Below, in pieces: positions 50,972 to 61,148 of a stretch of 64,000 nt of DNA; positions within the stretch are counted from its first letter, which is position 1; each line of letters begins with the position of its first letter. Under the pieces are notes generated by a model. The model made no database searches and was not told the origin of the DNA. It worked only from the letters and a program-made list of their open reading frames with translations. The DNA comes from an uncultured delta proteobacterium (lineage in GTDB: Bacteria > Myxococcota_A > Polyangia > Palsa-1104): the NCBI GenBank assembly GCA_963785725.1, contig CAWAWS010000004.1, forward strand, positions 96,001-160,000, written 5' to 3'. The position numbers and the translations under genes are program-made.

Positions 50972-52116
50972 TTAACCCCAACCGAGGCGCTTCGAGATGA
51001 TCTCCTTCATGATCTCGGACGTGCCGCCGCCGATGGTGATGAGTCGCGCGTCGCGCCATTGCCGCGAGATCGGGAACTCGTCGGAGTAGCCGAAGCCGCC
51101 GTGCGCTTGCAGGCAGCGGTCGACCGTCTTGTTGAGCAGCTCGCCGCCGAACAGCTTGGCCATCGTGATCTCTTTGACCGCGTCCTGCTTGCGGTTGAAG
51201 AGGTCGACGGCGCGATAGGTGAGCCAGCGCGCGGCCTCGATCTCCGTCGCCAGCTCGGCGAACGTGTGGCGCCACACTTGGAACTTCAAGATCGGGCGGC
51301 CGAACGCGCTGCGCTCCGTCGTGTAGCGGATGGTGTTGTCGAGCGCGTACTGCGCGCCGGCGACGGACTTGACGGCCGCGATGAGCCGCTCGCCCTGGAA
51401 GTTCATCATGATGTAGTAGAAGCCCGCGTTCTCCTCGCCGAGCAGGTTGCGGCGGGGATGCGGCAGTCTTCGAAGTCAGCTCGGCCGTGTCGGACGCGTG
51501 GTTGCCGAGCTTGTCGATCTTGCGCGCGACCTTGAAGCCCTTTGGCGTCCGTCGGGAAGAGCACGAGCGAGATGCCGCCGTAGCCCTCGTCGCCGGTGCG
51601 CACGGCGAGCGTGATGAAGTCGGCGCGCGTGCCGTTGGTGATCCAACATTTGGCGCCGTTGATGACGTATTCGTCGCCGACACGACGCGCGGTGGTGCGG
51701 ATCGACGCGACGTCGCTGCCGCAGTTGGGCTCGCTGACGCCGAGCGCGGCGATGCGCTCGCCCTTCAGCGCCGGGACGAGGAATTCGTCTTTTTGCGCGC
51801 GCGTGCCCAGCTCGTTGATGATCGGCGTGGCCATCGTCGACTGCACGGCGAGCGACATGGCGACGCCGGCGCAGTTGGCGCGCACCAGCTCCTCGCCCCA
51901 CACGGCCGTGTACCACCAATCGCCGCCCGAGCCGCCGACGTCCTCCGGATAGGACGCGCCCAAGAAGCCCATCTCACCGGCTTTCTTGAAGATCTCGCGC
52001 GGGAACAGCTCCGCTTTCTCCCACTCGTTGGCGTTCGGCGTCAGCTCTTTGAGCACCCAATCGCGCAGCGTCTTGCGGAAGATCTCGTGCTCTTCGCGGA
52101 AGAAAGTAGTTAGCAT
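50972..52116 (-). CDS. Acyl-CoA dehydrogenase (apparent frameshifts about 51445-51545)
   Basis: SEPNCGSDVA, INGAKCWITNG, FQGERL, AFGRPI, QAHGGFGY, IGGGTSEIMKEII across frames. Confidence 0.92.
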
Positions 52117-52288
52117 GCGAAATATTTCGCACACAAAGTAATTGCCGTCAACGCCTCTGCGACAGCGAGAATGGACCTACAGTCGGCGCGCCCGGGCGAC
52201 ATCCGTCGCGTCGGGGCAGCGACGTATTCGTACGATTGCGCGCGCTCTTCTTGCCGCTCGCGCGTTCGTCGCGCTAGACTCGAAGATC

Positions 52289-53071
52289 ATGGCAGCGCCC
52301 CGCGTCCTGGTCGTGGACGACGACCCGTGGATCCTTCGCATGGTTTCCACTTTGCTCGAGAAGCGTGGCTACGCCATCACCACCGCCAGCGACGGTGAAG
52401 AGGGCTTGATGCGCGCCGATGCCGTGCGCCCCGACCTCATCATCACCGACGTCATGATGCCGAAGTTGGACGGCTGGTCGTTGGTGCGCGCGCTGCGTTC
52501 TCGCGCCGAGCTGACGCTGGTGCCGGTGATCTTCTTGACGGCGCTCGGCGGCGAGGAGGATCGCATCCGCGGCTTCCGGCTCGGCGCCGACGACTACTTG
52601 CCCAAGCCGTTCCGCTTCGAAGAGCTCGACCTGCGCGTCGCCAATGCGCTCAAGAAGGCGAAGGTGACGCAGCAGAAGGCCGAAGAGGTGATGCGCGCGC
52701 CGCACGAGCCGCCGCCGTTGCCGGGCAAGAAGCCGGCGGGTATTCACGGCACGCTCGAGCAGCTCGGGTTGTCGTCGCTCTTGGTGATGATCGAGATGGA
52801 GCGCAAGAGCGGCATCTTGCGGCTCGAGCGGATGGGCGCGACGGGACGCGTGTTCGTGCGCGAAGGGCGCGTCATCGCCGCGCGGCTCGACGGCGATCGC
52901 GCGCCGGCCAACGCGCGCAAAGGCGCCGAGGCGGTCTACCATTTGCTGACGTGGGTCGACGGCCGCTTCGACTTCTCGGCGGTCGACGTCGACATGGAAG
53001 ACGAAGTGAAGTCGACGACGACTCATATCCTGATGGAAGGCGCGCGGCTGATCGACGAGGGCAAGCGTTAG
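52289..53071 (+). CDS. Response regulator with DUF4388 domain
   Basis: RVLVVDDD...ITDVMMPKLDG...KPF; IHGTLEQLGLSSLL, WVDGRFDF, ILMEGARLIDE. TTGCCG-N18-TAGACT upstream. Confidence 0.9.
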   Translation: MAAPRVLVVDDDPWILRMVSTLLEKRGYAITTASDGEEGLMRADAVRPDLIITDVMMPKLDGWSLVRALRSRAELTLVPVIFLTALGGEEDRIRGFRLGADDYLPKPFRFEELDLRVANALKKAKVTQQKAEEVMRAPHEPPPLPGKKPAGIHGTLEQLGLSSLLVMIEMERKSGILRLERMGATGRVFVREGRVIAARLDGDRAPANARKGAEAVYHLLTWVDGRFDFSAVDVDMEDEVKSTTTHILMEGARLIDEGKR

Positions 53072-53077
53072 GATCCA

Positions 53078-53215
53078 TCGCGACGGATGTAGACGCGTCG
53101 CGAGCGGTCCAAGTGTAAGGCGGAGCGAGCACCGGAGCGGAGCGGGCTCTCGCCCGTGAGCACCGGCCGGTTCCTCGCTGGTGCGGGCCGACGACGATAG
53201 TCGACGGAGCACAGC
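53078..53215. repeat. Multi-hairpin REP-like element between convergent genes
   Basis: TCGCGACG/CGTCGCGA; GAGCACCGG twice (53127, 53158) flanking CGGGC-TCTC-GCCCG; AGCGAG/CTCGCT. Confidence 0.4.
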
Positions 53216-53246
53216 GACAACGCGGCGATTGGGCGCGCAGCAGCTT

Positions 53247-53786
53247 CTACGGTCGGCGCAGCTCGAAGCGCAGCATGCGCGGGTTGCCGCCTTCACCGAT
53301 GAATCCGAGGCCGCTCTTTTCGAGCACGCGGATCGCCTGCTCGTCGCCGGCGAGCACGCGCGCGCGGATGATGCGGACGTCGTCGTGCGAGAACGCCCAG
53401 TCGATGAGCGCGCCCAACGCTTCGATGGCGTAGCCGCGGCGCTGGAATTGCGCCAGCATCGAGTGGCCGATGTCGACGCCGCCGTCGCCGTCGGGCTTGC
53501 CGTGGAAGCCGAGATTGCCGACGAGCGTCGGCGACTCCTGCTGCACGGCGTACCAAACCGACCAGCCGACCAGCGTCGCGTCGGCGGCGAGGCGGCGCGG
53601 CAGGCTCGCCTGATCGTCGGCGAACAGCGGCGGTGGCCACGCCGGCGGCACCGTCGCCTGCAGTGCGGCGGCGAGCGCCGCGTGGTCGTTGTCGCGCGTG
53701 CCGTCGCTGTCGAGGCGGGCGAGCTCGGCGGTGGCGGCGATCAGCTCCAGGCGGCGCGTGAACAGCCGCGGCGCATCGTCTTGCAC
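53247..53786 (-). CDS. GNAT N-acetyltransferase (RimJ/RimL-like)
   Basis: LFTRRLEL, VDIGHSM...FQRRGYAIEAL, IRVLEKSGL. GTG start inferred. Confidence 0.88.
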   Translation of the reverse strand: MQDDAPRLFTRRLELIAATAELARLDSDGTRDNDHAALAAALQATVPPAWPPPLFADDQASLPRRLAADATLVGWSVWYAVQQESPTLVGNLGFHGKPDGDGGVDIGHSMLAQFQRRGYAIEALGALIDWAFSHDDVRIIRARVLAGDEQAIRVLEKSGLGFIGEGGNPRMLRFELRRP

Positions 53787-53828
53787 GCCGCTAATGTACC
53801 GCATCGTGCGCGCGACGCCCGCTGCGAA

Positions 53829-54746
53829 TTACGCGCGCGTTTGCTGCGCGCGGCGTAGGCGGCGCGCCTCTCTGCTGACGAGCCAGATGCCGAGCCCGAT
53901 GAACGCGCCGCCGACGTAGGTGTCCGCCGACGGGCGCTCGTCGAGCCGAGCCGCGGCCATGAGCGCGCCCACGATCGGCTGCACGTAAATGTAGATCGCC
54001 ACCAACGACGCCGGCGCGCGGCGCAGCGCGAACATGTTGAGGAAATAGGTGCCCACCGTCGGTGAAATGACGATGTAGGCGACGTAGCCCCACGTCTTCG
54101 GCGACAAGGAAGACGCGGCGTGAATGAGCGGCCAGGCGCCGAACGGCAAGACGCCGAGCGTGCCGAAGACGAAGGTCCAGGTGACGACGGTGAGCGGGCG
54201 ATATTTCGCCAACAGCCGGCGCGAGATGACGAGGTAGATCGAGAACGACAGCGAGTTCAGGACGACGAGCAGGTTGCCGACGAGGCGCCCGCCGCTCGTC
54301 TGAAAACGGCCGGCGCCGACGATGATCATCGCGCCCACGCAGGCGACGCCGAGGCCGACGATCTTGCCGACGGTGGCCGCCTCGCGCTTCAAGACGACGG
54401 CGACACCGACGGTGAAGACGGGGATGGTGGCGCCGATGACGACGGCGTTGGTCGCGGTCGTGCGCTGCAAGCCGAGGATGAAGATGAGCATGTTGGCGGT
54501 GACGCCGAAGAACGCGTAGGCGGCGAGCTCGGGGAAGTCGCGGCGGTCGACTCGTTCGCGGCCGGTGACCAGCCAGGCGACGAGCATGATCAGCGTCGCC
54601 GCCGAGACGCGGGCGCAGATGAGCGCGAACGGCGACAGCTCGACCAGCGCCAGCTTGCCGACGATCGACAAGGACGCGAACATGAGCTGCACGGCGACGA
54701 GCGCCGCGTGCACGGACGCGGGGATGCGCGCTTCGGAGTCGTTCAC
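53829..54746 (-). CDS. DMT/EamA family transporter
   Basis: About ten TM helices in two repeats; [18 protein letters not shown]. Confidence 0.9.
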   Translation of the reverse strand: MNDSEARIPASVHAALVAVQLMFASLSIVGKLALVELSPFALICARVSAATLIMLVAWLVTGRERVDRRDFPELAAYAFFGVTANMLIFILGLQRTTATNAVVIGATIPVFTVGVAVVLKREAATVGKIVGLGVACVGAMIIVGAGRFQTSGGRLVGNLLVVLNSLSFSIYLVISRRLLAKYRPLTVVTWTFVFGTLGVLPFGAWPLIHAASSLSPKTWGYVAYIVISPTVGTYFLNMFALRRAPASLVAIYIYVQPIVGALMAAARLDERPSADTYVGGAFIGLGIWLVSREARRLRRAQQTRA

Positions 54747-54822
54747 GGCTTATCGGATGCGCGCGGACATTGGTTGCGTCTCGATTTCGAACGTTGAATC
54801 GCGATGACGTCGCCGGCGACGC

Positions 54823-56313
54823 CTACGGCACCGTGTCTTCGGCCTCTTCTTCCAGCTCGCCCGTGTCGCCGCCTTCGATGCCGTACTTCTTCATCAGCTT
54901 GCGGAAATACTTGCGGTCGATGTCGGCCTCGCGCGCCGCGTGCGAGATGTTGCCCTTGTTCTTCTTCAGCAGCGTCACGATGTAGTCGCGCTCGAAGCTG
55001 GAGACCCAGCGCTCCTTGGCGTCCTTGAACGTCGAGTCGACGTCGGCGCCGGCGACGACGATCGGCTGCGACGTGCCGCCGGTGCGCCGCGGCGCCGACT
55101 CCTCGCCGCGCACGGTCTCCGGCAGATCGCGCGGCTCGATGAGCTCGCCCTCGGCGAAGCTGACGGCGCGCTCGATCGTGTTGACCAGCTCGCGCACGTT
55201 GCCCGGCCACTTGTAGGCCGCCAGCAGATCCATCGACGCGCGCGAGAGCCGCGGTAATCTTCGGCCGATCCGTCGGGCTTCTTGTTGTAGGTCGCTTCCG
55301 ACAGGAAGTGTTTGACGAGCAGCGCCAAGTCATCCGTGCGCTCGCGCAGCGGCGGCAAGAACACGCGCACGACGCTCAAGCGATAGAACAAATCCTGGCG
55401 GAAACGGCCGGCGCGCACCTCGTCCTCGAGGTTGCGGTTGGTGGCCGCGATGATGCGCACGTCGACCTTGATCGGCTTATTGGACCCGACGCGACGAATC
55501 TCGCGCTGCTCGAGCGCGCGCAGCAGCTTCGGCTGCAGGTCGATCGGCAGCTCGCCCAGCTCGTCGAGGAAGAGCGTGCCGCCGTGGGCCATCTCGAACA
55601 GGCCCTGGCGCGTCATGATGGCGCCGGTGAACGAGCCCTTCTCGTGGCCGAACAGCTCCGACTCGATCAGGTTGTCGGGCACCGCGCCGCAGTCGAAGAC
55701 CATGATCGGCCCCGACGCGCGCGTCGACAGCTCGTGGATGGTCTGCGCGACGACTTCCTTGCCCGTGCCGGTCTCGCCTTCGATGACGACGGTCGTGGCC
55801 GTGGGCGCGATCTTCTCGAGCATGGTGTAGAGCTCGCGCATCTTGACGTGCCGCCCGACCATGCGCCCGAGCTTCTCTTTGCGCGACGGCAGGATCTCCA
55901 CTTTCTCGTCGGCGGCGTGGAACTTGACCTCGGTGTTGCCGAGCCCGATCGTGCAGCCGGGCTTCAAGTACGCCTCTTTGATGCGCACGCGGTTGATGAA
56001 CGTGCCGTTCGTCGAGCCGCAGATCGACGAGCAAGTAGCTGGTGTCCTCTTGCACGATCTTGCAGTGGTAGCGCGACACCGTGTCGTCGCTGACGACGAG
56101 GTCGTTGTCCTCCATCGCGCCGACGGTGATGCTGCCCTTGTCGAACGTGTGCTCGCGCGCGCGCCCGCCGACGTTGGTGATGAGCTTGCACTTGCGTAGG
56201 TGCAGCGTCGCCGGCTTGACGCCGTCGTAGTGCACCTTGGTCGGCGGCACGTAGTCGGGAAACTTCTTCGGCCCCGGCGGCGGCGCTCCGAAGCTGGGAT
56301 CAGGTGGGGTCAT
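54823..56313 (-). CDS. FHA-domain sigma54 enhancer-binding protein (apparent frameshifts near 56020 and 55250)
   Basis: FHA ([18 protein letters not shown]); [39 protein letters not shown], Fis-type HTH. Confidence 0.92.
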
Positions 56314-56383
56314 CCGACCCTAATTCTCCGTTGAAAGTATTCCAACGTCAAGAAGGACGGGGACTTCCGTTTCCCCTACGACG

Positions 56384-59335
56384 TTGGTCCGCGCTGTCCG
56401 ATTCTTGTACAATCGTTGCCGCTTGCTGGGCGACGTTCAAAGATTGAACACGCTACGCGATCAACTCGATGGGCTGCCCGAAGGTGAAGGGCGCGCCTAC
56501 GTCGAGTCGGAGATCGCGGCGCTGCTGATCGATCGCGGCGACTACGGGCAAGCGCTCGTGCACCTCGGCGGCGCGCGGCGGGCGACGGGTGAGCCGCGCC
56601 TCCGCGATCGCGTCGACATGCTGACCGGCGTGGCGCTCTTGCGGCGCGGCGAGGTCGAGCGCGCCGAGCCGCACCTGGAGCGGCAGCTCGAGAGCGCGCG
56701 CGAGCGGCGCGACCTCGAAGCGGAAGCGCGCGCGTTGCTGCATTTGGCCGAGGTTTACCGGCGTCGCGGCGAAGCGCCGCGGGCGGCGCGCGCGATCGAG
56801 CGGGCGCGGTTTTACTTCGAGTCGCACCCCGACGCGGCGGCGCTGGCGGCGACATACACCTGTCGCGCCGAGCTGGCGTTGGCGGGCGAAGATTGGGCGC
56901 GCGGCGAGGAGTGGGCGCAGCGCGCGGCCGAGCTGGCGGCGTCGGTGCTGGCGATCGCGGCCGAGGCGGCGGCGCTGGTGACGCTCGGTCGACTGCGCGG
57001 CAAGCGCGGCGCCGTCGCCGAAGCGGAGGGTGCGCTCGGGCGCGCCATCGAGCTGTTGTCGACGGCGAACATGCCGCGCGAGCTGGCCGAAGCCTACTTC
57101 GCGTACGGCCACCTGATCGGCGACTCCGGCGACGACCCCCGCGACGCCGCGCGCGTAGGCTCGGCGGCGACGTTCATCGCGCGCGCCCAAGAGCTGTTCC
57201 GCGAGCACGGCGCGCTGGCCGACTTGGAGCGCGTGCGCCAGGCGTTCCAGCGTTTCGGCCGGCGCGCGACCGATCAAGTGGCCGCCGCCGAGCTGCGCGA
57301 ATTGGGCGAAGGGCTGCGCGCGTCGCGGCTCGACGTCACGCGCCAGGTGCACAAGCTCGTCGACGCGGTGGAGCAGGGCATCGGCCGCGTCGACGGCGAG
57401 CTGCCGTCGGTGGCGCGCGGCAAGCTGCACGCCATCAGCCGCGAAGCCGTGGCCGCCGAGCGCGCGGTGACGACGGGCGTCGAGGCGCTGGCCGAGGCCG
57501 AGGCGCGCCTCGTGGCCGCGCTGCAGACGATGGTCGTCGAGCGCGAGAGTGTGCGCACGCTGCTCGATCTCTGTCGCGCGCTGACGTCGATCGAGGATCC
57601 GCTGCGGGTGACGCACGAGCTGTGCAAGATGGCGGCGCAGCTGACGGGCGCCGATCGCGCGTTGGTGACGCTCGTCGAAGGCGATCGGCTGGAGCTGCGC
57701 GCGTCTTTGCGCATGCCCAACGTCGCCGGCGAGGCCGGCTGGCGCGACGCGATGGACGGCGTGCGCGCCGGCGGCGGCGCCCGGCTCGTCGGTGCGCGCG
57801 CCGGCGTCGCGGCCGAGCCGCCGGCCTCGGCTGGCGGGCAAAACGCGCGGCTGACGCGCGATCCGCACGGCGACGAGCCGCGCCTCGGCCACGCGCTGGT
57901 GACGCCGCTGCGGGTCGGCGAGCAGCTGCTGGGTGCGATCTACGTCGACAAAGAGCTGTGCGGCGGCCTGTTCACGCCGCATGACCTCGAGCTGTTGACG
58001 ATGTTTTGCGCGCAAGCGGCGACGATCCTGCAGAGCACGCAGACGGCCGACACGCAGCGGCGCGCGCTGGCGGTGCGCACGGCGGCGCTGGACGCGATCG
58101 GCGACGGCCTGCTCGCCTTCGACGCGCGCGGCCGGCTCGTCGCGCTGCACGGCGCCGTCGCGCGCAGCCTCGGCGTCACCGTCGGCGCCGTCGCGGTCGA
58201 GCTGCCGGCGTTGGCCGCAATCGTGGCCGAAGCGAGCGCAACGGCCGGCGCGGCTTCGGCCGTCGTGCCGCTGGGTGGCGGCGAATATTGGGCGAGCGCG
58301 CGCCGGTCGACGACCGCGGCCGGCGGCGGCGATGACGCGGTCGCCGTCGTCGTCACGCTGACGGCGCTGTCGCGCGCGCAGGCGATGGCGCAGCGGCTCG
58401 CCGGCACGCCGGCGCGGGCCAGCTTCGCCGACCTCGTCGGGCGCGCGCCGTCGCTGCGCCGGCAGCTTTCGCGCGCCGAAAGCGCCGCCGCGGTCGGCGA
58501 CGGCGGCGTCATCGTCATCGGCGAGCCGGGCAGCGGCAAGACGCTCTTGACGCAGGCGCTGCATCGCGCGTCGGCGCGCGCCCACGGGCCCTTCGTCGTC
58601 GTCGACTGCGCGGCGGTTCCGCGGGCGCTGCTCGAGGTCGAGCTCTTCGGCGCGAGCGGCGGCGCGGCCGGCAAGCTGGAGCTGGCCGCCGGCGGCACGC
58701 TGGTGCTCGAGTCGCTCGGCGAGCTGCCGTTGGCGCTGCAGGTCAAGCTCGCGGGCGCGCTGCAAGAGCGGCGCATTCGTCGCGCCGGCGGCGCGCGCGA
58801 GACCGAGCTCATGGCGCGCCTCGTGGCCACGTCGCGGCAGCCGCTCGACGACGATGCCGAAGGCGGGCTCGTCCGTCGCCTCGGCGCCGTGCCGATCACG
58901 CTGCCGCCCTTGCGCGATCGGCCGGGCGACGTGCCGCTGCTCGTCGCCCATTGGCTCGGCCCGTTGGCGGCGCGCTTCGGCAAGCGGCTGCGCGCGCTGG
59001 CGCCGCACGTGCTCGACGCCTTCGCCGCCTACGACTGGCCGGGCAACGTGCGCGAGCTGGAGCGCGTCTTGGAAGCCGAGGTCTATCGTGCGGCCGACAG
59101 CGAGACGGTCATGGACGTCGTGCCGCCGCTGCTTAAAACCCGCAGCACGATGACGAGCACGACGACGACGGCGCGGACGCTCGAAGAGAGTGAGAAAGAG
59201 CTGCTCATCTACGCGCTCGGGCAGCACGCCGGCTCGATCCCCGACGTCGCGCGCCAGCTCGGCATTTCGCGCGGCACTGTCTACAACAAGCTGCGCCGCT
59301 TCGCGCTCGATCCCGACCGTTTTCGCCGCGGATGA
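56384..59335 (+). CDS. TPR-GAF-AAA-HTH regulator with degenerate sigma54-activator domain
   Basis: TPRs, GAF (LLGAIYVD), [44 protein letters not shown]. Start uncertain. Confidence 0.85.
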   Translation: MVRAVRFLYNRCRLLGDVQRLNTLRDQLDGLPEGEGRAYVESEIAALLIDRGDYGQALVHLGGARRATGEPRLRDRVDMLTGVALLRRGEVERAEPHLERQLESARERRDLEAEARALLHLAEVYRRRGEAPRAARAIERARFYFESHPDAAALAATYTCRAELALAGEDWARGEEWAQRAAELAASVLAIAAEAAALVTLGRLRGKRGAVAEAEGALGRAIELLSTANMPRELAEAYFAYGHLIGDSGDDPRDAARVGSAATFIARAQELFREHGALADLERVRQAFQRFGRRATDQVAAAELRELGEGLRASRLDVTRQVHKLVDAVEQGIGRVDGELPSVARGKLHAISREAVAAERAVTTGVEALAEAEARLVAALQTMVVERESVRTLLDLCRALTSIEDPLRVTHELCKMAAQLTGADRALVTLVEGDRLELRASLRMPNVAGEAGWRDAMDGVRAGGGARLVGARAGVAAEPPASAGGQNARLTRDPHGDEPRLGHALVTPLRVGEQLLGAIYVDKELCGGLFTPHDLELLTMFCAQAATILQSTQTADTQRRALAVRTAALDAIGDGLLAFDARGRLVALHGAVARSLGVTVGAVAVELPALAAIVAEASATAGAASAVVPLGGGEYWASARRSTTAAGGGDDAVAVVVTLTALSRAQAMAQRLAGTPARASFADLVGRAPSLRRQLSRAESAAAVGDGGVIVIGEPGSGKTLLTQALHRASARAHGPFVVVDCAAVPRALLEVELFGASGGAAGKLELAAGGTLVLESLGELPLALQVKLAGALQERRIRRAGGARETELMARLVATSRQPLDDDAEGGLVRRLGAVPITLPPLRDRPGDVPLLVAHWLGPLAARFGKRLRALAPHVLDAFAAYDWPGNVRELERVLEAEVYRAADSETVMDVVPPLLKTRSTMTSTTTTARTLEESEKELLIYALGQHAGSIPDVARQLGISRGTVYNKLRRFALDPDRFRRG

Positions 59336-59370
59336 CGACGCCGCGCAAAACGTGTGCTACGACCGAGGGC

Positions 59371-60300
59371 GTGATTGGTCGGCCGGAAACCATCGAGCAT
59401 CAGTTCGTCGTCGAGAACGAGTGCGGCGGCTGGCGGCTCGATCGTTTCCTGCACAAGAAGATCCCGCGCCTCTCCCGGACGCGCGTGCAGCGGGTGATTC
59501 GCGGTGACTGTTGGATCGACGGGCGCGCCTGCCGGCCGTCGTCGACGGTGGTGGCCGGGCAGCGGGTGACGTTCCGCCGGCCGGCGCCGGTCGAGCCCGA
59601 CGCGCCGCGCGAGCTGCCGGTACTGCATACGGACGCGCAGTTCTACGCGCTCGACAAGCCGGCCGGCATCGCCATGCATCCGACGGCGAAGTATCACTAT
59701 TCGACGATCACGTCGGTGCTGCGCGAGAAGTTCGTCGACGAAGCGCTGCAGATTACGCATCGGCTCGATCTCGAGACGTCGGGCGTGCTGCTGATCGCGC
59801 GCAGTCGGGACTCGGCCGTCGCGCTCAAGCGCGCCTTCGCCAAGCGGCGCGTGCACAAGCGCTATCGCGCCATCGTGCACGGCGACTTCGCGGGCGATGA
59901 GGTCGTCGACGCGCCGCTCGGCCTCGCGGGCACGCTCGTGCGCGTCAAGATGGCGGTGCGCGCCGATGGGCTGCCGTCGCGGACGCGCTTTTCGCCGGTG
60001 TCGCGCCACGGTGATTACACGCTGGTCGACTGCTGGCCGGAGACGGGGCGGCAGCATCAGATTCGCGCGCACCTCGATCACATCGGCCATCCGATCGTCG
60101 GCGACAAGCTCTATCCCGACGAGAAGTTGTTCGCCGATTACCAAGATCACGGCTGGGACGCCGTGGCCGCGTCGTTGGCGCTGCCGCGCCAGGCGCTGCA
60201 CGCGGCCGAGCTGCGTTTTCCGCATCCGATGACGGGGGAAGAGGTCGTCGTTCACAGCGCGCTGCCCGGGGATCTGCGCGCATTTCTGGAGGCCCAATGA
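59371..60300 (+). CDS. RluA/RluD-family pseudouridine synthase
   Basis: S4 domain (RLDRFL), DKPAG, HRLDLETSG, TGRQHQIRAH, IVGDKLY, QALHA. Confidence 0.93.
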   Translation: MIGRPETIEHQFVVENECGGWRLDRFLHKKIPRLSRTRVQRVIRGDCWIDGRACRPSSTVVAGQRVTFRRPAPVEPDAPRELPVLHTDAQFYALDKPAGIAMHPTAKYHYSTITSVLREKFVDEALQITHRLDLETSGVLLIARSRDSAVALKRAFAKRRVHKRYRAIVHGDFAGDEVVDAPLGLAGTLVRVKMAVRADGLPSRTRFSPVSRHGDYTLVDCWPETGRQHQIRAHLDHIGHPIVGDKLYPDEKLFADYQDHGWDAVAASLALPRQALHAAELRFPHPMTGEEVVVHSALPGDLRAFLEAQ

Positions 60301-61109
60301 GGCGATTGTCGATTTTGCTGTTGGTGGTGGCCGGCTGTGCGCACACGCAGGCGACGACGGAGACGCTGACGGCGCCCACGTTCCAGCAGCGCATGTCGAA
60401 CGTCTATCAGCTGCTGGAAGCCGGTCGCGACGACGAGGCGGCGCGCGAGCTCGACGCGGCGAAGTCGGGCGCGGACGCCAAGCAGCTGCTCCACATCGCC
60501 TACGACGAGGCGACCATCGCGCTCGACAAAGAGGACTTCAGTAAGGCGCAACGGATCTTCGAGGCGCAGGCGGCGTCGGCCAAGGCCGAGCATCGCGCCG
60601 AGGACGAAGCGTGGCTGCACAACGCGCTCGTGTGGGTGCATTGGGCGACGGGCGATCGCGCGGGCGCGCTGGCCGAGAACGAGCAAGTCGCGGCGGTCGC
60701 CCGCGCGTCCTCGCTGTCCGACGACGACAAGCGCGGCATTCTCTTGCACTACTACTGGGACAAGGCCTATCTGCTCGTCGAGGATCACAAGGATGCCGAC
60801 GCCGACGCGGCGCGCGCCGAGTTCGTGGGCACGGCCAAGGAGCCGAACGATCACGACGGGCTCGCGGTGCTGGCGGCGTTCTTCGCCATCGAGCGCGGCG
60901 ACGCGGCGGGCGCGAAGACGGCCGCGGCGACGGTCGACGTCACCAAGGACGACGATCTGCAGGATCTGTATGTGTTGGCGCGCGCGATGGAGCTGGGCGG
61001 CGACGCGAAGACGGCGGAGTCGATTCGGCAGCGTATCCGCGCGGGCGCGCCCTATCCGATGAAGCCGCTCATGCTGCGCGAGATCGCCAAGGACGCGCGC
61101 AAGAAGTAA
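60297..61109 (+). CDS. Helical-repeat lipoprotein
   Basis: GGAGG RBS, lipobox VAGC, TPR-like helices; ATGA overlap. Confidence 0.78.
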   Translation: MRRLSILLLVVAGCAHTQATTETLTAPTFQQRMSNVYQLLEAGRDDEAARELDAAKSGADAKQLLHIAYDEATIALDKEDFSKAQRIFEAQAASAKAEHRAEDEAWLHNALVWVHWATGDRAGALAENEQVAAVARASSLSDDDKRGILLHYYWDKAYLLVEDHKDADADAARAEFVGTAKEPNDHDGLAVLAAFFAIERGDAAGAKTAAATVDVTKDDDLQDLYVLARAMELGGDAKTAESIRQRIRAGAPYPMKPLMLREIAKDARKK

Positions 61110-61148
61110 CCGCCCGGTTACTTCGGCGCGCGCTAAGTAAACAGGCGT

